A stretch of DNA of 64,000 nt from an uncultured bacterium. GTDB taxonomy: Bacteria; Patescibacteriota; Gracilibacteria; Absconditabacterales; Absconditicoccaceae. The DNA lies in assembly GCA_947168815.1 (NCBI GenBank), contig CAMVNG010000003.1, positions 8,478 through 72,477 on the forward strand, given 5' to 3'. The notes beneath the pieces are model-generated. The model was not told where the DNA came from. It made no database searches and saw only the letters and a list, made by a program, of their open reading frames with translations. Below are positions 45,286 through 54,836 of this stretch, piece after piece. Made by a program: the position numbers and the translations under genes. Within the stretch, counting starts at the first letter, position 1, and the number at the start of each line of letters is the position of its first letter.

Positions 45286-45966
45286 TTAAATTACCTTATA
45301 TTCTCCTTCTTTTAAATTTCAAAGCTTATATTTTCAAATACTAATTCTTTGAAGATCTATTACTTCATATTGTAGAGATTTAAAAATTCTTCTTATGTGT
45401 CTTTTTTTACCCTCATTTAATGTAATTTCAATTTTTCAGTCCTCTTGTTTTTTTATTTCTTTAGTTCTGAGTAATTCTCATCACTCATAAATACCTTTGA
45501 GAATTTTTTCTTTTAGATTCCGATTGAATGGTTTATTAAGTACAATGATATAAGTTTTTAGTATTTCTTTACTAGGATGCTCAAACTCATGAACTAATTT
45601 TGGATTGCTAGTGAGAAGCATTAATCAACGACTATCTTTATCTAATCTTCATATGTAATAATATTTGTTTTTAAATTCACTTGGAAGAATTTCATAAAAT
45701 GTTTTATTGTGGGGGTCTGACTTTGAACAAGTGTATCATCTAGGCTTGTTGAAAGCAAGAAGCTCAGGGGTATTCTCTTTCTGTTTAAGATCAATTATTT
45801 CATCTATTTTTAAGGGAGGTATTCTTAATGAATCATTCTTATTAATATCTTGTTTATAGCTTTCAATTTTCTTTCCGTTCAGAAAAACATCTCATTGCTT
45901 GATAAGATTAACGATTTTCCTTCTAGAAATTCAATAGGTCGTTTGTAAATAATCTCTTAATAACAT
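45286..45966 (-). CDS. rRNA pseudouridine synthase (RsuA/RluB family)
   Basis: S4-like N-terminus and the catalytic motif GRLDKDSRGLMLLT. 226 aa. Confidence 0.85.
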
Positions 45967-45982
45967 TAATTTTTCGCAAAAC

Positions 45983-46010
45983 AAAAAAGAACATTTTTCA
46001 ATGTCCTTTT
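45983..46010 (-). terminator. rho-independent terminator (minus strand)
   Basis: AAAGGACAT/ATGTTCTTT stem (one G-U pair) on the minus strand, followed by TTTTG. Confidence 0.6.
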
Positions 46011-46041
46011 ATAGTATCTTATGTATAAGTTGCAAGAGAAA

Positions 46042-46323
46042 TTATTCAGCAATTACTTCTTGAGCTGGTTCTTCTTCAACAACAGCATCAGCCTCAACAG
46101 GTTCAACAGCAGTAAACTCATCTTCTTCAGGAAGAACTTCTTCTACGATAACTTCCTCATCAGCTGGAACGATTTCAACTTCTGGTTGTTCGTCAACAAC
46201 ATATTCAATTTCTTCTCCTGTAGTCTCATCAAGAACTACTTCTTCTTCAGCAGGTGTATTATTACATCCAGCTAGAAGAACAACTGAACTAAGAGCTAGA
46301 ACAGATAACATTGATTTTTTCAT
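46042..46323 (-). CDS. acidic lipoprotein (93 aa)
   Basis: Intact in the track. Signal and canonical lipobox VVLLAGC. The mature part is an E/V-rich tail. Confidence 0.75.
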   Translation of the reverse strand: MKKSMLSVLALSSVVLLAGCNNTPAEEEVVLDETTGEEIEYVVDEQPEVEIVPADEEVIVEEVLPEEDEFTAVEPVEADAVVEEEPAQEVIAE

Positions 46324-46571
46324 CTTCTAATTTATTATAATAATATAAAATATGAACGATGTAGTGTATAATAAATTAATATATAAATGCAAGAGTAATT
46401 AAGGAAAAAATATTGAGAGAAGAAAAATTAATGCATAGATACTAAGAAAACCTGCAATGGTTTTTTATAAATCATAGAAACATGAGGTACTTTATATGTT
46501 TTTTTGTGCAATAAAATAATATATTTTTGGATAATAATGTGAAGATAACAAAAAAATAATACTACTTTCTC

Positions 46572-46599
46572 TTGAATATTATTCCTTAATCTCTATACT
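46572..46599 (+). promoter_or_regulatory. sigma70-like promoter (TTGAAT-N16-TATACT) for rpmA
   Basis: -35 at 46572-46577 and -10 at 46594-46599. ATG at 46634. Confidence 0.55.
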
Positions 46600-46633
46600 C
46601 TTTCAAGTTAATTTTTATCTTGTTTAAAAAGCT

Positions 46634-47110
46634 ATGGCACATAAGAAAGCCGCTGGTTCGGTTAAAAATCTAAAAGACTCTCAACCAAAATATCGCGGAG
46701 TCAAGGTCTTTGGTGGACAACCTGTAGTTGCAGGAAATATTATCATTAGACAAAAATGAAGTAAGTATGAATGTGGAAAAAATACTTATGAAGCTGCAGA
46801 TTTTACTATTCTTGCAAAAACTGATGGTATTGTAGCTTTTAAAAAGAAGAATTTTAAGAAATTCAATGGAAGAACATATTTGAAAACAGTTGTTGAAGTT
46901 GTTCCAGCTGAAGAATCTGCAAAGAAAGCTCCAGCTAAAAAGGCAGAAAAAGCTGAAAAAGTAGTAAAGGCCCCAGCTAAAAAGGCTGCAGCTCCAAAGA
47001 AAGCTCCAGCTAAAAAGGCAGAAAAAGCTGAAAAAGTAGTAAAGGCCCCAGCTAAAAAGGCTGCAGCTCCAAAGAAAGCTCCAGCTAAAAAGGCAGAAAA
47101 AGCTGAATAG
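46634..47110 (+). CDS. rpmA: 50S ribosomal protein L27 with Lys/Ala-rich C-terminal extension (158 aa)
   Basis: [29 protein letters not shown] is a canonical L27 N-terminus. Track ORF 46880..47110 is the in-frame tail. Confidence 0.9.
46921..47107 (+). repeat. perfect 75-bp tandem repeat, 2.5 copies, inside rpmA
   Basis: Units start at 46921, 46996 and 47071. Copies 1 and 2 are identical over all 75 nt. Each unit encodes [25 protein letters not shown]. Confidence 0.95.
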
Positions 47111-47135
47111 TTTTATTATATAAGGTATCAGAGTA

Positions 47136-47363
47136 ATGACAATCGGTCCAAAGAAAAAGATTAGTAAGACTCAAACTAATAAAAGACATTCAACATGGAA
47201 GACTATTAATCAAAGAAGATTAGCAGAAACATATAAAACTGCAAAATGTCCAAATTGTTGAGCTAATAGACTTAATCATAGAGTTTGTCCTTCATGTGGA
47301 TATTATAATGGAAAACAAGTATTGACAATCAAAGCTAAAGGTTCAGCAGTAATTGAAGCTTAG
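47136..47363 (+). CDS. rpmF: 50S ribosomal protein L32
   Basis: KKKISKTQTNKRHSTWK and the zinc ribbon CPNCG...HRVCPSCGYYNGKQV. 75 aa. Confidence 0.88.
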
Positions 47364-47392
47364 TTATTTTTTATTTCAATGCTTTCCATTCC

Positions 47393-48001
47393 ATGGATAT
47401 AAAAAAAAGAATCAATGCTAGAAAAATCGTTCTTTCGTATTTTTACCAGCATTGTTTTTTTTCTCTTTTAAGTAAAAGGTGAGTCTCTTGAAATGAAATT
47501 GCTGTTAATGAGAATTTTGAATTAGAGAATTGAGAGAACAAGTGAAATTTCTTCGATGATGAATTCTTAAAGGCAGTAGAAAAAAAGAAACAAGAAATTC
47601 TTCATCGAGATGAAATTCTACAAGAGAAAATAGACACTTATGCAAAGGATTATAATATAGAGTGAGATTTTTGATACATATTAAAGAATTTTTTTGATCA
47701 ATGGTCTGCTTCTGAGGTTGATGTAGATTATGTACTTCAGGTTGGGACATGATTATCTAAATATGAAGATGAATTAATAGATAAAGTTAATCATCATACA
47801 AAAAGTTTCTGATATGAACAAATGGACCCAATAGATGAAACATTATTGTTACTTTGATATGTTGAATATAAAACAATTAATACTCCAAAGGAAGTAGTAA
47901 TTAACGAGATGGTTGAATTAGCAAAAAGGTATGCAGACGAATGATCTCCTAAATTAATAAATGGAATTTTGCATGAAATATTCTTGGCAGAAGAAAAATA
48001 A
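47393..48001 (+). CDS. nusB: transcription antitermination factor NusB (long form, 202 aa)
   Basis: N-terminus INARKIVLSYFYQ and C-terminus VVINEMVELAKRYADEGSPKLINGILHEI match NusB. An insert of about 60 aa lies between them. Confidence 0.75.
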
Positions 48002-48021
48002 ATTGATTATTTTTAATAAAA

Positions 48022-48054
48022 AAATCGGGTTGTTTAAAGAACCTGATTTTTTTT
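48022..48054 (+). terminator. rho-independent terminator
   Basis: AAATCGGGTT/AACCTGATTT stem (one G-U pair) with an 8-nt loop and a T-run. Confidence 0.7.
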
Positions 48055-48084
48055 AATTTTGAAATGAAGAAAAGTGGCAAAAAA

Positions 48085-48113
48085 TTGACAAAATTATGAG
48101 AAAGCGGTATAAT
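48085..48113 (+). promoter_or_regulatory. consensus sigma70 promoter (TTGACA-N17-TATAAT)
   Basis: -35 at 48085-48090 and -10 at 48108-48113. This argues that the downstream ATG 48150 is the start, not ATG 48096. Confidence 0.6.
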
Positions 48114-48149
48114 AAGAAAGAGAAGAATTTTTATATTTCGAATGAGGGC

Positions 48150-49952
48150 ATGGTAGTATCAGATGATAATTCAGGATTGTTGTGAGAAAATTCACTAGCA
48201 GACCAACTTCAAGATTGAGCACAAGAACAATCAGACTATCCTTCTTATGACCAAAACAGGACTGATAGCTGAAGAACAATGCTTTTTTCTGATGTTGAAA
48301 AGCCTGAAGATCAAAATGCAACTCAGAATGTGATGCAAGAAGTTCCTCTTCAAGATTCCAATGCTGCGCAAGCTCCAGTGAATTCAATAAGTGATGATGC
48401 TGTTGATTCTGAATGGGAGGCTATTCAACCACAAGTTCAAGCTCAATGACCAATGAGGATAACAGAAGAAGCATTAGAAGAGGCAAATAAACAACAAGAA
48501 CAAGAAGCTCAAGCTGCAGCAGCTGCTGCAATGGCAGAACTTCAAGAAGATCCTGAAGCATCAACAGAACAAACACCGGAAGCAGTCTTAGATGAAGCAC
48601 TTTCAGAACCATCTTTTGAAGAGGGAAATAATGTTTTAGATGATTCTAAAGAAACGCTTGGAGGATTCCGTTTTAATGATGAACCTTATAAAGTTAAAAG
48701 ATATAATACATGATTCTTAATTTTCAGTTTAGGAATAATCCTTTTTTGATGAATATCATATGTTCTATATGTATTTTATCAATATCTAACCTTAAAATCA
48801 GAACCAACAGCTTATGATAATACACAAGTAGATACATTGGCTGAATATTATGATGACTATGGACAAAAAATCTGATTATTTAACAATGAACCTTTTGAAA
48901 ATATTGATCTTACACAAGGAAATGGTCAAGTAGATACATTACTTAGAGATCCAGGATTAAACTTTGTTCAAAAAAGAGAAGATTTGCAATTTGCTTTAAC
49001 AAAACTTTGAGATCAAATTATTTGAATTAGGAATGAAACAAAGCTTTTAAGAGAAAAAATGAATAGAGATGGATTCTTTCCGCAAGAATTGGTTGATATT
49101 CTAAATACAGATAATGCAGTTAGTTCAATACAAAGAAGTCTTAATTCTCTAGAAGTCGTAAAGTTCTCAAGTGCGATAAGAGTATTCTCATTAATGGATG
49201 ATATTGTCAAAGATCTAGCAGATTCATTTAATTATACAAAGTCAGATATTAAGAAGAGATTAAATGACTTAATGGAAAGATGAGAAACAGATGTAGAACT
49301 ATATTTGAATGATTGTTATAATAATCCATATGAGCCAGAAGATTGTAGTAAAATCAACGATTTTGATATGTATTATAAGAAAATTAAAGAGGATAAGAAT
49401 TTTGATACAGTTTTCTTTAAAAATCTTATGAAGTTTATAAACAACCAGCTTGAATATAATAATATGCCAAGTTTCTCTATTACTTTCAACAGCTTTGACT
49501 GACAAAGTAATAGTATCAGTTTCTCAGTTGAGGTAAATACAACAATTGAAGATGAAACAGCTCTTATTCAACAAGGTGTTAAGAGTCCACATATCTTTAT
49601 TATTTCAGAGTTGATTAAATTGTTAAAACAATCAACATTTATTGTAGGTAAAGCTATTGATGCAAAAGATATTAAAGTGGTATCAAAGCCAATTACAGTA
49701 GCTGGTAGACAATTTAATGTAAATAATTCAGTAAATACGTTTACATTACCAATACAAAAAACAACAGAAAGAGAAATCTTCGACTTTATCGATACCTATA
49801 CAACAACAGTTCAAACAGGTTCATCAGTTTCAGATATGATTTCTTCTCTTTTGAATGACTCAGGAAATTTAGTACAAGAAGAGGAGGAAGATGAAAGTGT
49901 TGTTGAAGAGGACAATTCTAATGAGGGAGGTGGTGAAGTTATAGAGGAATAA
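48150..49952 (+). CDS. hypothetical single-pass membrane protein (600 aa; alternative start 48096)
   Basis: Track ORFs 48453..48713, 49059..49283, 49305..49502 and 49611..49952 all share this frame. TM helix FLIFSLGIILFGGISYVLYVF. The C-terminus is acidic. Confidence 0.65.
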
Positions 49953-49974
49953 AATAAATGAAAATAAAAATATA

Positions 49975-50005
49975 GAGCTGAGTAGTATTACTCAGCTTTT
50001 TCTTT
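49975..50005 (+). terminator. rho-independent terminator
   Basis: Perfect 9-bp stem AGCTGAGTA/TACTCAGCT with a 4-nt loop, followed by TTTTCTTTT. Confidence 0.8.
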
Positions 50006-50015
50006 TAGATAATGA

Positions 50016-50043
50016 CTTGATTGAGAAAAAAAGAATCGTATAT
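50016..50043 (+). promoter_or_regulatory. sigma70-like promoter (TTGATT-N16-TATATC)
   Basis: -35 at 50016-50021 and -10 at 50038-50043. ATG at 50081. Confidence 0.4.
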
Positions 50044-50080
50044 CTAATTTAATTTTACTTTAAAAAGGACAAGGAATAGT

Positions 50081-50617
50081 ATGAAATTAATTGCGTGATT
50101 ATGAAATCCTTGAGAAAAGTATAAGACTACAAGGCATAATGTTTGATTTCGTTTCATAGATGCTTGGGTAGATAATAAATGACTATGAATATGGAAGTAT
50201 GAGGGAAAATATAAATCAGAGATTATTCAAACTGAGCTAAATTGAGAAAAACTTATTATATGTAAACCTCAAACATTTATGAATCTTTCTTGAGAAGCTG
50301 TTGCTCCAATAGCAAGATTTTATAAAATTGAACCAAGTAATATTTTAATTATTCATGATGAGATAGATTTTGTTACAGCAAGAATTGCATTAAAATTTTG
50401 ATGAAGCCCAGCATGACATAATGGATTGAAAAGTATTATAGAAAAATTATGAACAAAAGATTTTTGGAGATTAAGAATATGAGTAGATAGACCTGCAACT
50501 TCAAAACAAGTGGTAGATCGAGTGCTTTCTTCATTCAAACCAGAAGAGAAAAAAAATCTTATAGAAAAAGAGGATGAAATCTTTAATCTTATAGAAGAAT
50601 TTATAAAGAATAAATAA
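50081..50617 (+). CDS. pth: peptidyl-tRNA hydrolase
   Basis: LIAGLGNPG, the catalytic His in TTRHNVGF, GGSPAGHNGLKS. 178 aa. Confidence 0.9.
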
Positions 50618-50638
50618 TTTACTTGTTATCTTAGTTTT

Positions 50639-51577
50639 ATGTATATCCCTTTACATGGTCATTCAACATTTTCCTTTCTGGAATCTATTGGAAAACCTAA
50701 AGATATAATAAAAAAAGCGAAAGAATTAGGATTCCCTGCTGTTGCATTGACAGATCTCAATGTTATTTATGGGCTAATTCAACATTATCAAGCTGCAAAT
50801 GCAGAGGAGATAAAACCTATTTTATGAGTAGAAATATGATTTGTTTTAGATATTAACAATATTTCAAATACAAAGACAATTTGATCTCTTTGTTTACTAG
50901 CAAAAGATGATCAATGATATCTTAATCTCTTGAAAATAGTTACTTATGCTTCACAAGAATGAATTGAGCGTAGACCAAAAATAGATTTTAATTGTTTGGA
51001 AAAGTATAAAGAAGGACTAATTTGTTTTATGTGATGAAAAGAATCTCGAATTTGAGCAATGTTGGCAAACTCTGAGTCAGAAGATAAAATCAGAGAAATG
51101 TATGATATGCTTCGTAAATGTATGGGAGAAGAAAATTGCTTTTTTGAAATAATTGCACAAGATGAATCTAAGAATCCCCAAATTAAAACAGTGAATTCAC
51201 TAGTACTAAAAATGGCAAAAGATACAAATACTCCATGTTTCGTGAGTAATATATATATGTATCCAACACCAAAAGATAAAATTACTCATGAATTAGCAAT
51301 GGCCATCAAAGACAATATGACAATTTATGATCCTAATCATAGGGTGTTAACAACAGAAAATCATATGATGGTGGAAGATGAAATAAGAACTATTTGTAAA
51401 AATAATGGATATAGTGAAGAACAAATAAATAATTGGATTGATGAAACAGAAACAATAGCAGATCGCTGTAATGCAAGTATAGAAATGTGACAGAAACTAT
51501 TCCCTAAATATGAAGTTGAACCAGAGGTAATAGAGATATATGAAAAATATAAAAATGATTTAATTATAGAAGATTAA
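50639..51577 (+). CDS. dnaE: DNA polymerase III alpha subunit, N-terminal PHP domain only (312 aa fragment)
   Basis: MYIPLHGHSTFSFLESIG is the canonical DnaE/PHP start. Track ORFs 50639..50827 and 51059..51490 are in frame. It ends at TAA 51575-51577, about where the PHP domain ends. No polymerase core follows. Confidence 0.8.
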
Positions 51578-51615
51578 AAAAACCTTGAATTAGACCTTCA
51601 AGGTTCTTTTTTTTT
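51576..51615. terminator. bidirectional rho-independent terminator shared by the dnaE and clpB fragments
   Basis: A-run, then a perfect 9-bp stem AACCTTGAA/TTCAAGGTT with a 7-nt loop, then CTTTTTTTTT. Confidence 0.8.
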
Positions 51616-52918
51616 ATTGTTCTTCATCTCTAATAAGAGCTTGTTTCTCTATTTCTAATTTGTTGATTTCTTTTTCAAGTTGAAGCACATCTTCTGGCAT
51701 TGTTGCTAGATTCATTTTTACACTTGCAGCAGCTTCATCAAGAAGATCAATAGCTTTATCCGGGAGTTTACGATCTGCTATGTATCTATTAGAAAGGTCA
51801 ACAGCAGCAACAACAGCATCATCAGTTATTTTTACTCAGTGATGGGTTTCATAAGCTTTTTTGATACCACGAAGAATGGCTAAAGCATCTTCTCTACTTG
51901 GTTCGTTAACCATAACAGGTTGGAATCTTCTTTCGAGTGCAGCATCTTTTTCAATATATAAGCGGTATTCATTAATAGTTGTAGCTCAAATAACTCTAAT
52001 AGTACCTCTAGCAAGTGCTGGTTTTAACATATTACCCATATCCATAGATCATTCAGTCTTTCAAGCTCAAACAACCATATGAATTTCATCGATGAAAAGA
52101 ATTATTTTTCAGTCTGATTTTTCAACTTCTTTAAGAATAGCCTTTAATCTTTCTTCAAAATCTCATCTATATTTACTTCATGCCATTAATGATCACATAT
52201 CAAGTTCAATAATCCTTTTATCTTTTAGAAGATCAGGAACTTCTCCTTTGATGATTTCTTGAGCAAGAAGTTCGATGATAGCAGTCTTACCAACTCATGG
52301 TTCTCATACAAGAACTGGGTTGTTTTTCGTCCTACGAGAAAGAATTTGGAGTACTCTTCTGAGTTCATCGTCCCTTCAAATGACAGGGTCTAGCTTTCCT
52401 TGTTCTGCAAGAAGGGTAATGTCTTTTCCATATTTTGAAAGTACTTCCAAGCTTACTTCAGGATCATTACTTTCAACTTTTTCTCATTTTCTCATTGAAA
52501 TAATGGTATTATAACACGTTTTATAATCAATATTCAATTTTTCTAACATGTTTTTTACCTTGTTATTTCATTTAAGTATTGAAAGGAAAAAATGCTCTGT
52601 GGTTATATAACTATCTCCCATTTCTTTCATAATTTTTTCACTATCTTCTAATATCTTGTTAAGTTCAGAACTGAGAGCTATTTGAGAACTTCATTGAATT
52701 CTAGGTAATGCATCAATGAGTAATAATGTTTCAGCTTTGATTTGTTCTTTATTAGCGTTAAGCTTTCTTAAAATGGCAGGAAGATATCAATCATTTTGTT
52801 CAATCATAGCATAAAAAAGATGCTCAGTACTAATCTGAGAATTTTCTCTTGAAGAACAAATACTGTTAGCTTCTTGAATGGCTTCACTAGCCTTTATAGT
52901 TAGTTTATTAAAGTTCAT
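51614..52918 (-). CDS. clpB: ClpB-like chaperone, N-domain plus first AAA+ module only (434 aa fragment)
   Basis: [17 protein letters not shown] start, Walker A GEPGVGKT, Walker B ILFIDEIH. It ends inside the M-domain coiled coil ([21 protein letters not shown]) at TAA 51614-51616. No NBD2 is present. Confidence 0.85.
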
Positions 52919-53013
52919 GATGATTTTATTAAAAATATAAAATAGCACATATTTATATTTGGTGCTATTATAGATAAAAATATATAAAATGCAATAAATT
53001 TTATTAATTGATA

Positions 53014-54726
53014 TTATTTTTTCATAAATTCTCAAAACAAAGAATCTCTACTTTTTTGCTTAAGAACTTCAATTTGTTGAGATTTATTTTTTAGAAATTT
53101 TTCAACATCTAATCCAAATTCTTCAAGAATAATAGAAGTATGATCCGCTCAAATGTAATGTGGCATAATAACATAATCCATTCATTTTTCATAGAGCTTT
53201 ATTGCTTCTTCAACGTGTGTTGCAACACAAATAACAATAAGATTAGGATTCTTTTCTTTTATTAGTCCAATAAGTGCAAAATTCACATCAGTATTTGCAA
53301 TAGTGGAAATAATCATTTTAGTTCATGAAAGATTAATGTCTTGTAAGAATTCAAGATCTAAAGCATCTCAATAAAGACAATTAATTCATTGAGTATTTAA
53401 ATGATTAATTACAGCAGGATGTTCGTCAACAATTAAAACGCTATATTTTTTATTTTGAAAATGTTTATAGAGTTCTCATCAAAGTCTACCGTATCAAAAA
53501 AGGATAATATCATTGGGAGTTCAAAGCTTTTCTTTACTCTTTTTATGAATAGCTCAAGGAATATATTTTTGAAATTTCCCTAATTTTTTGAAGAGCCAAA
53601 GATTATAAGTTGTGGTATATCAAGATATAAGAATACTTAAAATACCGATAATAGTAATCAAAGTTATAAGGGAAGAATCAGTGATGATTCAACTTGTCAT
53701 ACCCATGGTGATCAAAATAAAGGAGAATTCACTCATAGGTATCTCTGTGACTCAGGTTAAAAAGTTATTCTTTTTTACATGTCACATCAATTTTAAAAGA
53801 AACATTATAATAAGAGGCTTTAGAATCACAACTAAGAACATTCCAGCAGCAATAAATCCCCAATTAATAGATCCATTAAATGATAAATTAGCTCCTAAAA
53901 GAATGAAATAAATAACAATAAAGAAGTCTTTTAGTACTTTCATTCTGCTTGTTATTTCATATCTATATGGAGAAGCTGCAAGAGTCATTCATGCAAATAA
54001 TGCTCATGTTTCCATTCAGAATCATAGCATGTCAAAACATGTTGATACAATAAAACATCGACCTATTGAAAATAATAGCAAAAATTCTTGAGACTTTGCT
54101 ATTTCTTTTGTGATAGGCGGAAGTAAATATTTAGAAGAAATAAATAATCCTCAAATAATTCCTATAATTTTAATGAGAAGTATTCATACAGCATGTAGAA
54201 CACTTTCACCTCAAAGAGCAGAAAATGTAGCAACAATAGCCATAAATAGCATTACGAGAATATCTTGAGTAACTAAGATTCAAATACAAAGTCTTCAATA
54301 AGTGGAATCTAAATCATCTTTATCTCATAGTAACTTTAATACTACGATAGTTGAACTTAATGATGTCGCTATACCAATATATAGGGAAGTCATGACATCA
54401 AATCAGAAGAGAAGAGAAACCAGAAATCAAGCTATGGTACTTCCAACAACTTGAAGAATTCAGACTAAAACGGTTTTGGCTCATAATCCTTTAATTGTTG
54501 CAGGTGAAAGTTCTATTCAGATGATAAAAAGTAGGAAAACAATTCCTACTTCAGAAAAAGTATTTAAAAATTCATATCTTGCAAAAAAATTAGGGAATAC
54601 GAAAGCAATAATAGTACCAGCCAAAATATAGGCAATTGTTGTCGGCTGTTTTAAAACTTTCATTATTCAAAGAGAAAGAAGAACTACTCAAAAAATGAGA
54701 GAGAAAGATAAAAAAAACTGATCCAT
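53014..54726 (-). CDS. CPA2-family cation/proton antiporter with C-terminal RCK/TrkA-N domain
   Basis: Start LKQPTTIAYILAGTII, a multi-helix Na/H-exchanger core, then the Rossmann motif ILFGYGRLGGEL. 570 aa. Confidence 0.85.
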
Positions 54727-54745
54727 AACACATAAAAAACATGAT

Positions 54746-54807
54746 AAATTTCTTCTAAAGATAAGTATAGAGAAAGTCATTTTTTAATCTAATTTTAGAA
54801 GAAATTT
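54746..54807. promoter_or_regulatory. perfect 14-bp inverted repeat (34-nt spacer) upstream of the antiporter gene
   Basis: AAATTTCTTCTAAA (54746-54759) and TTTAGAAGAAATTT (54794-54807). The spacer carries a minus-strand TATACT -10-like hexamer. Confidence 0.4.
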
Positions 54808-54836
54808 ACTATTGATTGTAATTGACTTTAATGCGT

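Noticed and set aside
46921-47107. Possible CRISPR-like or satellite array, because of the perfect direct repeats.
   Set aside because: The repeats are contiguous with no spacers, 75 bp long, in frame, and lie inside rpmA. This is a coding tandem duplication.
48064-48149. Upstream start codons ATG 48064 and ATG 48096 for the 48150 gene.
   Set aside because: The 48064 frame hits TAG after about 30 codons. ATG 48096 lies inside the spacer of a perfect TTGACA-N17-TATAAT promoter, so it would not be transcribed from that promoter. It is kept only as an alternative.
51480-51577. Split-intein explanation for the truncated dnaE, as in cyanobacterial DnaE-N/DnaE-C.
   Set aside because: The fragment ends in ordinary sequence (YEKYKNDLIIED). 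It has no N-intein block starting with Cys or Ser, and it breaks at the PHP boundary rather than inside the polymerase core.
52919-53035. Longer N-terminus for the clpB fragment. Track ORF 52787..53035 starts at 53035.
   Set aside because: The extension is an AT-rich, stop-free read of the intergenic region that overlaps the antiporter gene 3' end. [17 protein letters not shown] at 52918 is the canonical ClpB N-terminus.
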